A stretch of 64,000 bases of DNA from Pseudomonadota bacterium (GCA_039183635.1 JBCDBL010000002.1:802-64801), one strand, 5' to 3'; shown: positions 26,880 through 36,211, counted from the first letter of the stretch. Notes: generated from the sequence alone by a model not told the origin. Numbers and translations: made by a program.

Positions 26880-28575
26880 CACGCCTTCACAAACGACGCC
26901 TCCCCTATCGATACGTCCTAACGACCCGCCGCCCCTGCCCTACGCTACGGTGGACGCCCTGGTGCGCGACTGCGCGGGGAAGTACGGCGACGCGCCGTTC
27001 GCGACGACAGCGTTGCCGACCGGCGCCTCCGTCACGTTAAGTTATGACGAAATCGAGCGTCAATCTGCAGCGTTCGCAAAGTACTTGCGTACGGGCATCG
27101 GCCTCGCCAAGGGCGACGTGGTGGGCGTACAAGCGCCAAATTGCGTAAGTTACGTTGTCGGCATGCTTGGCGTGTTGCGCGCAGGACTTGTCCTCAGCAA
27201 CATTAACCCTCTGTACACTCCCCACGAAACCCAACGTCAATTGAAAGACTGCGGGGCCAAGGCCTTGATCGTGATAGACCTTTTCGGCGACAAGGTGGCC
27301 GACTCAATTAAAGATACAAAAGTCAGTACAGTGATAAGCGTATCGCTGCTCGATTTTTTCCCACCTGCCAGGGCTATGATTCTCGGCTTTGTTATGAAAC
27401 GCGTAAAGCGCATGGTTCCGCCCATGACGGCCCCTCACGTAAGGCTCGCCGACGCACTCAGCGCCGGCGCCGGGCTTAGCGCCGATGTTGCGCAATACAC
27501 TTCGGGCGCATCCCCGGACGATACGATTTTCTATCAATATTCCGGCGGCACCACAGGCGTGTCGAAGGGCGTAGAGCTCACTACGCGCAATTTACTCGTA
27601 AACATTGAACAGGCCGCCGCCATTGCGCCGGACACTCTAGGGAAAACCGGCCGGCGCGCGCTTATGGTGATGCCGCTCTATCACATGTTCGGCTTGTTCA
27701 TCACCTTAAGCGGCATGATGCGCGGGGGACAAGCGATCCTGACGCCGAGCGCACGCCCCTTGTCGAACCTGCGAAAACCTTTTGAGAAGTTTAAACCGGA
27801 TGTTTTTCCCGGGGTAAATACGCTGTTCGCGCATCTGATGCGGGAGCCATGGTTTAAAAACGCCCCCCCGCAAATCGATTTGACACTGACTGGCGCTACG
27901 GCGCTGCATGCTGATGTGGGGGCGGCGTGGACGAAAATGACCGGCGGGCCGATCGCGGTTTCCTACGGCATGACGGAGACAACGACAGTCCTCACTACAA
28001 ACCCGCCTGACGATCGCAATCGACCAGGCTCCGTCGGCCTGCCTTTACCCGGAGCGGAAGTGCGGATTATCGACGGCGATGATAATCCCTCGCCCCCTGG
28101 CGAGGCCGGGGAAATCCTCGCCCGCGGCCCCCAGGTCACCAAAGGGTATCTCAACAAGCCGGAGGAAAACGAGAAAGCGTTCCTGGACGGATGGATCCGC
28201 ACCGGCGATATGGGGTATCTCGACAAGGATGGGTATCTCTATCTTGTGGACCGCAAAAAGGACATGATCATCGTCAGCGGGTTCAACGTGTTCCCGAACG
28301 AAATAGAAGAAACGCTTACCGCCTGCAAAGGGGTCACGGAAGCTGGGGTCGTCGGCGTCAAAGATAAGGACGACGACGAGATTGTCGCCGCCTACATCGT
28401 CAAATCCTCAGACAGTCTCACAGAAGACGACATTAAAGAATTCTGTACAGACCGTCTAACGAATTACAAACGCCCGAAAATCATAGCCTTTGTGGACGAA
28501 TTACCGAAAACGCCGATTGGAAAAGTATTGCGTAAAGATTTACGCGATCGCGCACAGGCGGATTTCAACGCTTAA
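26866..28575 (+). CDS. Long-chain-fatty-acid--CoA ligase-like AMP-binding enzyme
   Basis: YSGGTTGVSKGV, YGMTETT and GWIRTGDMGYLDKDGYLYLVDRKKDMI. I chose the start ATG at 26866 (MNSSN...), which overlaps the TetR stop by 14 nt. Confidence 0.85.
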   Translation: MNSSNTPSQTTPPLSIRPNDPPPLPYATVDALVRDCAGKYGDAPFATTALPTGASVTLSYDEIERQSAAFAKYLRTGIGLAKGDVVGVQAPNCVSYVVGMLGVLRAGLVLSNINPLYTPHETQRQLKDCGAKALIVIDLFGDKVADSIKDTKVSTVISVSLLDFFPPARAMILGFVMKRVKRMVPPMTAPHVRLADALSAGAGLSADVAQYTSGASPDDTIFYQYSGGTTGVSKGVELTTRNLLVNIEQAAAIAPDTLGKTGRRALMVMPLYHMFGLFITLSGMMRGGQAILTPSARPLSNLRKPFEKFKPDVFPGVNTLFAHLMREPWFKNAPPQIDLTLTGATALHADVGAAWTKMTGGPIAVSYGMTETTTVLTTNPPDDRNRPGSVGLPLPGAEVRIIDGDDNPSPPGEAGEILARGPQVTKGYLNKPEENEKAFLDGWIRTGDMGYLDKDGYLYLVDRKKDMIIVSGFNVFPNEIEETLTACKGVTEAGVVGVKDKDDDEIVAAYIVKSSDSLTEDDIKEFCTDRLTNYKRPKIIAFVDELPKTPIGKVLRKDLRDRAQADFNA

Positions 28576-28592
28576 ATTAAGGATAGAAAGCC

Positions 28593-29783
28593 ATGAATGC
28601 TCTCGACGGCACCGTCGTTTTGGACTTAACGCGCCTCCTCCCAGGCCCTTTGGCGACACTGCAACTCGCAGATCACGGCGCTGAGGTCATTAAGATCGAA
28701 GACATCGGAAAGGGCGATTATGCGCGTAGAGAAATGGCGTTCGGCATATCTATGTCTCATCTGTTTCACGCCCTGAACCGCGGGAAAAAATCAGCGGCGA
28801 TAGACCTTAGAGCCGATGCAGGACGCGAGGCTTTTCTGAAGCTCGTAGCAACAGCGGACGTCGTTGTGGAAAGCTTTCGACCGGGCGTTCTCGATCGCCT
28901 CGGCATCGGATACGACCAGCTAAAAGAAGTGAAGAACGACATCATCCTCTGTTCTATCACCGCGTACGGACAAACAGGCCCTTACCGCGACCAAGCCGGA
29001 CACGATATAAACATGTGCGGTTACGCCGGCGTAAGCGATCAGTTGGGATTTGAAAACGGCGCGCCTGCGCCAAGCAACTTTCAAATTGGCGACATCGCCG
29101 GAGGCAGCCTCACCGCAACAACAGCGATCCTGATGGCCTTGTTGAAACGCGACAGGACACAGGATGGCGCGCATATTGATGTTTCCATTACGGACAGCCT
29201 GTTTGCATATAATCTGCTGCCATTTACAAACGCACAGCTGTTTCAAAAATCGCCTGAGCGGGGCGCCGATATTTTAACAGGGGGCCTTGGCTGTTACGGA
29301 TATTACGAAACATCGGATGGAGGATACATGGCCGTCGGCGCCTTGGAGCCGAAGTTCTGGCAAGCGTTTTGCAGAAAACTTGACCGTGAAGACCTTATTG
29401 AAGAACATCTTAAATTCGGCGACGAGGCCGCATCCCTGAAACAGACCTTGAAAGAGGTCTTTAAAACCAGAACCCGAGACGAATGGGCGGCGTTTCTGGG
29501 GGATGCGGATTGCTGCATCACGCCGGTGCTGACGCCGCTTGAGGCTCAAAACGACCCTCAAATTAAATCAAGAGGTCTTCTTTATACATCTGAAGACCCT
29601 GTAGATGGAGAGATGCTCCGGCTCGTTAATCCAATCCGCATGAATGGCGCCGCCCCCGCCCCCGCCGCGCCTGCGCCTCGGCTTGGGGAGCATACCGATG
29701 AGATATTGGGCCAGGCTGGCTATGACGGAAAAGGGATCGCTGCGCTTTATGAAACAGGCGTTGTAAAATCCGAGCAACCTTAA
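28593..29783 (+). CDS. Family III CoA-transferase (alpha-methylacyl-CoA racemase / CaiB-like)
   Basis: N-terminus LDGTVVLDLTRLLPGPLATLQLADHGAEVIKIE. 396-aa product. Confidence 0.85.
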   Translation: MNALDGTVVLDLTRLLPGPLATLQLADHGAEVIKIEDIGKGDYARREMAFGISMSHLFHALNRGKKSAAIDLRADAGREAFLKLVATADVVVESFRPGVLDRLGIGYDQLKEVKNDIILCSITAYGQTGPYRDQAGHDINMCGYAGVSDQLGFENGAPAPSNFQIGDIAGGSLTATTAILMALLKRDRTQDGAHIDVSITDSLFAYNLLPFTNAQLFQKSPERGADILTGGLGCYGYYETSDGGYMAVGALEPKFWQAFCRKLDREDLIEEHLKFGDEAASLKQTLKEVFKTRTRDEWAAFLGDADCCITPVLTPLEAQNDPQIKSRGLLYTSEDPVDGEMLRLVNPIRMNGAAPAPAAPAPRLGEHTDEILGQAGYDGKGIAALYETGVVKSEQP

Positions 29784-29795
29784 GGGAGCAGCCTC

Positions 29796-30158
29796 ATCAA
29801 AGATCTCGCGCCAGATATCGTCCGCAAACGCCTTCTTCTGGAAGGGTTCTACAAAGGCGACATGCCCGAGGCGCGGCTGCGCGCCTACATGATCGACGTC
29901 TGCGCCCATCTCGGCCTCAGGGCCTATGCGGAGCCCATGATCTACGCCCCGGCGGACGGCATGGGCAAAGATGAGAACGCCGGATACGATGCGTTCATGT
30001 CCTTGATCGACAGCGGCATATCCGCCTATATCTGGAAAAACAGGGCCTTTTTCTCAATCCTGCTGTATACGTGCAAAGATTTTGACGAGACCGCAGCCGT
30101 CGCCTTCACCCGCAAGGCCATGGAGTGCGACGGCGAGATTGAGACCGCGGCGTTTTAA
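29796..30158 (+). CDS. S-adenosylmethionine-decarboxylase-like (AdoMetDC fold) small protein, probable non-canonical ATC start
   Basis: LIDSGISAYIWKNRAFFSILLYTCKDFD parallels the SpeH-type block ESHISIHTWPE....DVFTCG. The open frame extends upstream of the first ATG (29862) and encodes IKDLAPDIVRKRLLLEGFY. A strong SD, AAGGGAG (29782-29788), lies 7 nt before the ATC at 29796. Confidence 0.55.
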   Translation: MKDLAPDIVRKRLLLEGFYKGDMPEARLRAYMIDVCAHLGLRAYAEPMIYAPADGMGKDENAGYDAFMSLIDSGISAYIWKNRAFFSILLYTCKDFDETAAVAFTRKAMECDGEIETAAF

Positions 30159-31120
30159 TCCTCCAGCGTGACGGACAGCCCCGCTTCCTGCGCCTGGCGC
30201 AGCGCCGTGACGGCCGCCGCCAAATCCTGCAGACCCATGCCGGTGCTGTCGAACAGGGTCACTTCTTGGGTGTCCGTACGCCCCGGATGCGCCCCCGACA
30301 ACACATGGCCGAGGGTCACGATGTCTTCCGGCGTGATGTCCCCCGCCGCATAGGCGTGCTGGCATTCTCCAAGCGTAACCGCCTGCTGCGCCTCGTCGCC
30401 GAACAGCGATGACCGCGCCACAAGCGCCGTCTCCACTTCCTGCTTGCCCCTGGTGTCGGCGCCCATGCACGCCAGATGCGTTCCTGGCTTCACCCAGGCG
30501 TCTTTCAGGATCGGCTTGAACGACGGCGTCACCGTGATGATAACGTCGGACTGCGCCGCCAAACGCTCCGGGTCCGTTATTTCGATCTTAAGGCCGTCGT
30601 CAGCGAGGGACGCCTTTAACTGTTCGGCGTTTTCCGCAGACGCATCGAAAATATAGAGGTCCTTGAAATCCCGCTCAGCAAGGGCGGCGCGCACCTGGAA
30701 CGTCGACTGTCCGCCGGCGCCGACAATGCCGAGGGACGCCGCATCCTTGCGGGCAAGGGCGCGAATGGACAAGGCGCTGGCCGCCGCCGTGCGCAGCGCC
30801 GTCAGATAGGTGCCGCGCACCAAGGCGTGGGGCCCGCCGGTGTCCGGATCGAACAACACAATCGTCGACTGATGGTTCGCAAGCCCCTTCGCCCGGTTCC
30901 CCGGCCACAATCCGCCGGCTTTGACGCCGAGGGTGGGGCCGGATTTATCGAACCCCGATTTAAACCCGAAAATGGCGTCGGCATAGCCGAGCGTTTCGCG
31001 CACCACAGGAAAATTAACCGCCGCCTCTGAGGCGAGGGCCTTGAAAATCCCCTCAATGGCGTCCGTGACGACGGCCTGGGAAACCGTTTTTTCAACGGCC
31101 TGTTCGGAAACGTAAAACAT
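30155..31120 (-). CDS. Ornithine cyclodeaminase / mu-crystallin family protein
   Basis: 321-aa product. Rossmann site LGIVGAGGQSTFQVRAL. Overall OCD-like layout. Confidence 0.8.
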   Translation of the reverse strand: MFYVSEQAVEKTVSQAVVTDAIEGIFKALASEAAVNFPVVRETLGYADAIFGFKSGFDKSGPTLGVKAGGLWPGNRAKGLANHQSTIVLFDPDTGGPHALVRGTYLTALRTAAASALSIRALARKDAASLGIVGAGGQSTFQVRAALAERDFKDLYIFDASAENAEQLKASLADDGLKIEITDPERLAAQSDVIITVTPSFKPILKDAWVKPGTHLACMGADTRGKQEVETALVARSSLFGDEAQQAVTLGECQHAYAAGDITPEDIVTLGHVLSGAHPGRTDTQEVTLFDSTGMGLQDLAAAVTALRQAQEAGLSVTLED

Positions 31121-31152
31121 GAGACTTTATACTCCGGGTTCGGTTAACGGCG

Positions 31153-32226
31153 TTACGCGCCGGCGATGGTTTGTGCAAAAAGCGCCGGGTCGACATTACC
31201 GCCGCTGATCACAACGCCCACTGTGCGGCCCTTCACATCGAGTTTGCCCGATAGGACTGCGGCGAGCGCCACTGCGCCCCCAGGCTCAATCACAAGCTTT
31301 AATGTGGAAAACGCATAGGCCATGGCGGCGCGCACCTCATCGTCGGTGACGGAAAAGCCGCCGGCCAGCGTTTGTTTGTTGATGGGAAACGTCAAAGCCC
31401 CCGGCTGCGGCGCCAACAGCGCATCGCAGATAGAGCGCGCCTCAGGACTGTTGCCTTCCCGTTCGCCGGATTTCAAGGACCTGAGATGGTCGTCAAACTC
31501 AGCAGGCTCGACGCTGTAGGTTTTCGTGTCCGGACTGAGCGCCGCAAAGGCCAGGGACGACCCGGCGATCAGACCGCCGCCCCCGCAACACACCAAAAGC
31601 GCATCAAGGGGCGCGCCCATAGTCCGAACTTGCTCCGCGAATTCAAAACCGCATGTGCCCTGACCGGCGATAATGTGCGGATCGTCATAAGACGGCACCA
31701 GCACCGCGCCGCGCTCCTCAGAAAGGCGGGTTCCGATCTCTTCCCGATTTTCCGTATAGCGATCATATCCGATCACCTCCGCGCCGTAGGCCCGGGTTTT
31801 GTCCGCTTTCACCTTCGGCGCATCCTTCGGCATGACGATGGCGGCGTGCACGCCGAGGATTTGCGCCGCCGCGGCGATCCCCTGGGCGTGGTTGCCCGAG
31901 GACCAGGCGACGACCCCCGCCTTTTTCTCCGCCGCATTCAACTGCGCCAGCCTGTTGAAGGCGCCGCGAAATTTAAACGAACCGGAACGTTGCAAGCATT
32001 CCGGCTTAATCAACACCCGCGCGCCAACATCGGCGTTCAAAACCGCGCTTTCCAGAACCGGCGTTCTTACCGCTTCCCCGGCGATGCGTGCGGCGGCGCG
32101 CGATATATCAGCGATGGTGATGGTTGGCGTATCCAAAGTGCGATCTCCCAAAGCGTTATGGACAAGCGTACAGCGCCGCAAAACTTGCGCCGCATGTGTT
32201 ATGTGCGGGAGGTTGGCATACGACAA
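31153..32226 (-). CDS. PLP-dependent threonine/serine ammonia-lyase-like enzyme (threonine dehydratase family)
   Basis: PLP-lysine motif SGSFKFRGA and glycine loop VCCGGGGLIAG. The ORF-track start is a TTG. In-frame TTG codons further downstream (for example 32136) are equally plausible starts. Confidence 0.8.
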   Translation of the reverse strand: MSYANLPHITHAAQVLRRCTLVHNALGDRTLDTPTITIADISRAAARIAGEAVRTPVLESAVLNADVGARVLIKPECLQRSGSFKFRGAFNRLAQLNAAEKKAGVVAWSSGNHAQGIAAAAQILGVHAAIVMPKDAPKVKADKTRAYGAEVIGYDRYTENREEIGTRLSEERGAVLVPSYDDPHIIAGQGTCGFEFAEQVRTMGAPLDALLVCCGGGGLIAGSSLAFAALSPDTKTYSVEPAEFDDHLRSLKSGEREGNSPEARSICDALLAPQPGALTFPINKQTLAGGFSVTDDEVRAAMAYAFSTLKLVIEPGGAVALAAVLSGKLDVKGRTVGVVISGGNVDPALFAQTIAGA

Positions 32227-32392
32227 AAAACCTCTTGATGTCGAGATATTTTTACCAAAACGACACTTCTAAAGGGCGCCCTGGAAGCTGTCAGCCAAAC
32301 ATTTTAAACACCAAATACCAACGCATGCGAAAGATGCGACGGCTAAAAATACGTAAGACTAAAGTATCTTGATTTGCGATTACTTTCAGCCT

Positions 32393-32430
32393 AGAGCTTC
32401 AAGAGGTGACTTGAAATCGCCTGAAGCTCT
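32393..32430. promoter_or_regulatory. 9-bp perfect inverted repeat AGAGCTTCA-N20-TGAAGCTCT with nested TTCAAG/CTTGAA (candidate operator or RNA structure)
   Basis: Read directly from the sequence. It lies in the divergent intergenic region between the dehydratase gene and marR. Confidence 0.35.
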
Positions 32431-32456
32431 AAATTCATTGTTGGCCGCGCCGGGGT

Positions 32457-32485
32457 AACGAATAACCGGTTCCCACTTATTCGTT
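32457..32485. promoter_or_regulatory. 9-bp perfect inverted repeat AACGAATAA-N11-TTATTCGTT (candidate MarR operator)
   Basis: Read directly from the sequence, 34 nt upstream of the marR ATG. MarR dimers typically bind palindromes overlapping their own promoter. Confidence 0.4.
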
Positions 32486-32518
32486 CGGCGCCCTAACCCT
32501 CAACGCATCGGCGGTTTT

Positions 32519-33040
32519 ATGCGCCGAAAAGCGCGGGAGATTTATGTGACGCAAGACCTTGTGGACCGATTGATCGCCGATTGGCGGCGCGAAGCGCCGG
32601 AGCTTGAGCCTGAAGGCATGGCCGTTATCGGACGGGTCGTCCAACTTGGCCGCAAGGTGGAGCAACGGATTCAAACAAAGCTCAAGCCCTATGGTCTCAC
32701 CTATACGGACTTTGACCTCCTGGCCACGCTTCGCCGATCCGGCGGCGATTATTGCCTCACCCCGACGGAGCTAAGACAATCCGTTTTGCTGACGTCAGGC
32801 GCCATGACTGCCGCCCTCGATCGGATTGAAGGCATGGGCCTTATTGAACGGGTGCGTACAAAACCGGATCGCCGCAGCCTTGCGGCGCGGTTAACCCCGG
32901 CGGGCCGCGCCTTGCTCGATAAAGTATTAAAGCTGCGTTTTGACGACGCCAACACACTGGTCGCCTCTTTAAGCAAAACCCAGCGGGACACCGCCGCGAC
33001 GGCCCTGCGCCGATTGCTTTTGGCGTGCACGGAAACTTAA
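32519..33040 (+). CDS. MarR-family transcriptional regulator
   Basis: 173-aa product. The wHTH region LTYTDFDLLATLRRSGGDYCLTPTELRQSVLLTSGAMTAALDRIEGMGLIERVRTKPDRR is typical of MarR. Confidence 0.85.
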   Translation: MRRKAREIYVTQDLVDRLIADWRREAPELEPEGMAVIGRVVQLGRKVEQRIQTKLKPYGLTYTDFDLLATLRRSGGDYCLTPTELRQSVLLTSGAMTAALDRIEGMGLIERVRTKPDRRSLAARLTPAGRALLDKVLKLRFDDANTLVASLSKTQRDTAATALRRLLLACTET

Positions 33041-33110
33041 CTCCCCATACCCGTAAGAAGGGTTGCAGAACACAAAGCTTAAGGCGCGCCCCCTCATGCG
33101 CGATAAAGAA

Positions 33111-35450
33111 TCAACGCCACCGCTTTTGCAATGTCCGCCCAATCATCGCAAAAAACCAAACGGACAAAGCTCCCGTACCTAAGGTGCAAATAGCGACCCA
33201 AGCCGCGACTGCGCCGATCTTCGCCTCGACAGCGGCAAACGCCATAAAACACAGCGTCGCCGGCGCAGCCAGATAACCGACGAGAAAGGCTATAAAAGGC
33301 TGCAATACCAAGGCGCGATCCGCCCCGGCCTCTTGTATGACACGCTTTGGAACGCTGGAACGCGATAAACTGGCTATGATCCAGGGATAGACCGCTCTGT
33401 CGGCGGCGCGCCCGTCGGGCATAATCGCCGGCAGGAGAGAAAGATCCGACCATAGCCTTAGTACGAAGACATGGAAGTACATGAAAAAACTGAAAATCAG
33501 CACGGGGAAAATTGCGAAGAACTGTCCGACCGTGATCACCAAATTCAGCCATGGCAACGGACTGACTTTATCAAGGCGACTTGTTTGCTCAACAGCATCA
33601 GCCGCGTCTCCTGGGAAAGCGATATTGAATGTCACGATGCAGGCGAACGCCAAAAGCAGCCCCAAGACCAGGAACATTCTTTGCCCATGCCGCGATATGT
33701 TTTCGATGGACGCTCTGATATCATTCAGATCAAGCGTGTCGGGAAGGATGACCCCTGAAAGATTAAGTCCCGAAAAATCGTTCAGCGTCAAACCTGTCGA
33801 CTCATCAAAGTTTGCATAACTTATCGTTTTGGCGTCACGTATGTTGTTCACAGCGCCATTGAACTGCGCCTCGACAAAAGTCGCGCCCTTCAAATCAGAC
33901 CCCGCAAACGATACGCCGTCAAACTGGCTTTCGGAAAAATCGGCCGCTTCCTTCTTCTTTTCAGCCTCACTCTCGATAAAAGCGACGTTATGAAAATTGG
34001 TGTAGGCCACAATCATTTTTGAAAATTCAACGCCGTTGGCTTTGCCGCCCTCTATGATGGAGTAATGAAGCGAGCCGTCATGGAAGCGCGCGCCGTCAAA
34101 ATCGACCTTCTTGATGAATGTATCTATGATTTTGGGCGCATCGAATTGCACATCGGATGCATTGAACACTTTCAATTTGCAATTGGCTATAGAGAAGGAC
34201 GGCTCATTGCCAAGGGCCCTGTCCACAGGACCAAAGTAGGTAAAGGTCTCCTCCAAATAGCGGCTGACGGCATCATTTTTTTCTTTGTTTTTAGTTTCGG
34301 TCGTCGCACCCCGGCCGACCGGCCTGTTCGGCGACGCCAAAACCGTGGAGAATTTCTGGAAAACCGCCCAATCGAAATTCGTATTGAAAAATAAAAGGTT
34401 TCGTACCGTTCCGTAAAAGCTAAACCGCTTAATGTGTGAATCGTTGACGCGAAAATCACGCACAGCCGTGCCGCGTTCCAACGGCCCCGGATAAACATAA
34501 TCTCTTTCAAACCGCATTGTTCGAAACTTAGACCACCGAACATAAAACGAGTTGTATACTGTATTCTTACAGGAAAAGACGTAAACTTCCGACTGTGTAA
34601 AGTCCTCTAATTCTCCCTTTGTGGGGTAATACCTAAATTGAAAGTTATCATTGTCGTCTTTCACAAAACATCCTGGCTCGAACCAAATGTCTGCGACCAG
34701 GCTACTCCCGATATGAAACGTGTGTATAATCGCGCAATATATGTCGACAACATTTGTAACGTGGCAGTTAACGATGTGTAAATCGTGTGCAACAGGCCGC
34801 ACCATAATGCCGTTAGGCGTTTCGACTGTCGCTTTGACATCCTTATCAAAAAAATCATTATTGAACTCATCGGGATATATATCCGAGAGCGGTTTATCGA
34901 AGCGCCTCAGGATTTTAGATAACTGCGCATCGTCTTTAAACGCATTGGCCGGCAATATTGGCTTGAGCACCAACCAGCGAATTATACATTGGTCGAATGA
35001 CACTCTGTACAGCAGACAACCGAAAAAATCCAAACTATAGAATTCACACCGTACAAACCTGACATTTTTAACCGATGAACAAAGAAAAGATGCGTAATCG
35101 AACCGGCAATTTATAAAGTGGGCGCCCTCCAAGGAAACGCCGGTCAAACCTTCGTCGGACGCGTCGACAATATCTCGATCCTTAAATTCAATAATCTCGT
35201 CGCCGCTGCGATTTTCTAATTCAGCAATGACGTCGTCCCAACTCGTTTCCTGCCTATTTTCGTCTTGCGCATCAGGCAGGCCAACTCTTTCTGTCGTAAT
35301 TGGATCTACTTGAATATCTGCATAGCGCGCGCCGGTCCGCCCTTTACGGCGAATGGGCGTGTCAAAAAAACTTTGAGAAGGCGCAACGCCTCCCCCGCGC
35401 GCGCCGGAAAAAACATTTAAGAAACGCACTTTAGCCCCCACGTATCCCAA
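33111..35450 (-). CDS. Large pentapeptide-repeat protein with a C-terminal 5-6 TM domain
   Basis: Pentapeptide register with every fifth residue L/F in GVSLE GAHFI NCRFD YASFL CSSVK NVRFV RCEFY SLDFF, and again in FSESQ FDGVS FAGSD LKGAT FVEAQ FNGAV. Hydrophobic helices occupy the last roughly 190 aa. The first in-frame ATG codes for Met216, so the start (TTG 35450 or a downstream GTG/TTG) is uncertain. The repeat-encoding part is visibly AT-richer than its neighbours. Confidence 0.75.
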   Translation of the reverse strand: MGYVGAKVRFLNVFSGARGGGVAPSQSFFDTPIRRKGRTGARYADIQVDPITTERVGLPDAQDENRQETSWDDVIAELENRSGDEIIEFKDRDIVDASDEGLTGVSLEGAHFINCRFDYASFLCSSVKNVRFVRCEFYSLDFFGCLLYRVSFDQCIIRWLVLKPILPANAFKDDAQLSKILRRFDKPLSDIYPDEFNNDFFDKDVKATVETPNGIMVRPVAHDLHIVNCHVTNVVDIYCAIIHTFHIGSSLVADIWFEPGCFVKDDNDNFQFRYYPTKGELEDFTQSEVYVFSCKNTVYNSFYVRWSKFRTMRFERDYVYPGPLERGTAVRDFRVNDSHIKRFSFYGTVRNLLFFNTNFDWAVFQKFSTVLASPNRPVGRGATTETKNKEKNDAVSRYLEETFTYFGPVDRALGNEPSFSIANCKLKVFNASDVQFDAPKIIDTFIKKVDFDGARFHDGSLHYSIIEGGKANGVEFSKMIVAYTNFHNVAFIESEAEKKKEAADFSESQFDGVSFAGSDLKGATFVEAQFNGAVNNIRDAKTISYANFDESTGLTLNDFSGLNLSGVILPDTLDLNDIRASIENISRHGQRMFLVLGLLLAFACIVTFNIAFPGDAADAVEQTSRLDKVSPLPWLNLVITVGQFFAIFPVLIFSFFMYFHVFVLRLWSDLSLLPAIMPDGRAADRAVYPWIIASLSRSSVPKRVIQEAGADRALVLQPFIAFLVGYLAAPATLCFMAFAAVEAKIGAVAAWVAICTLGTGALSVWFFAMIGRTLQKRWR

Positions 35451-35629
35451 GTATGTTCATAAGGTAAAGTATAGGCTCCGATTTACCAATATTTTTCTTG
35501 CCGCCGGTCGAGGCGACCGGTGCTGCGAAGCAACGCACGTCGAGTGTTAAGCAGTCGGCGCTTTGCCTGGCGCATGGGTCACCGCCAAACGGCTTTGCAC
35601 CCCGCCTTGCGCCCACGACGCCAGAGCCG

Positions 35630-36109
35630 TCACAACGTCTCCTGGCACGGCGCGCAATAGCCCGATAATTCAACAACCCTGTGTCTGACGGCAAAGCCAA
35701 GGCGTTTTGCATCCTCGTTGATGAGGCGCTCAACATTCGGGTTCTCAATTTCCTTTGCTCCGCCACACGTCTCGCAAACGAGAAAAACACAGGCGTGATC
35801 GTGCTCGGGGCGCCGGCAGGCCACATAGGCGTTGCGACTTTCGATACGCGCCGCGACCCCCTGCTCACAAAGGAAGTCAAGGGTTCGATAAATGCTCGGG
35901 GCGGCGATCTCGCGACCGGACGCTTCCGACACCAGATCTCGCATCTCATACGCGCCGAGCGGACGCCCCGCACCCCAAAGCGCCTTCAACACCGCTATGC
36001 GCAAAGACGTCATCCGCGCGCCGCGCAAGCGGCACAAGGCGACCGCCGAATGAATATCCTTTTCACCAGAGGACCGTGCGTTTGCAGACAGATGTTTCAG
36101 ATGCGGCAT
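35630..36109 (-). CDS. zur: Fur-family zinc uptake regulator
   Basis: 159-aa product with a Fur-family layout. Two CxxC pairs (VCETCGG and GYCAPCQ). It is divergent from a COG0523 gene across a Zur-box-like operator. Confidence 0.8.
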   Translation of the reverse strand: MPHLKHLSANARSSGEKDIHSAVALCRLRGARMTSLRIAVLKALWGAGRPLGAYEMRDLVSEASGREIAAPSIYRTLDFLCEQGVAARIESRNAYVACRRPEHDHACVFLVCETCGGAKEIENPNVERLINEDAKRLGFAVRHRVVELSGYCAPCQETL

Positions 36110-36127
36110 AAGCGGGATCGGAATCTC

Positions 36128-36160
36128 TTAAATGATATATTGTTGCATTTAATGATATAA
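36128..36160. promoter_or_regulatory. Zur-box-like operator (AATGATATA repeated at 20-bp spacing; AAATG-N11-CATTT dyad)
   Basis: TTAAATGATATATTGTTGCATTTAATGATATAAAA lies in the 87-bp AT-rich zur/COG0523 divergent region. It resembles the AT-rich AATGTTAT-type half-sites of proteobacterial Zur boxes. Confidence 0.5.
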
Positions 36161-36211
36161 AATACTATTTTTATTGGCAAGCTTGTTCTCAAACATATGC
36201 ATGGAAGAAAA

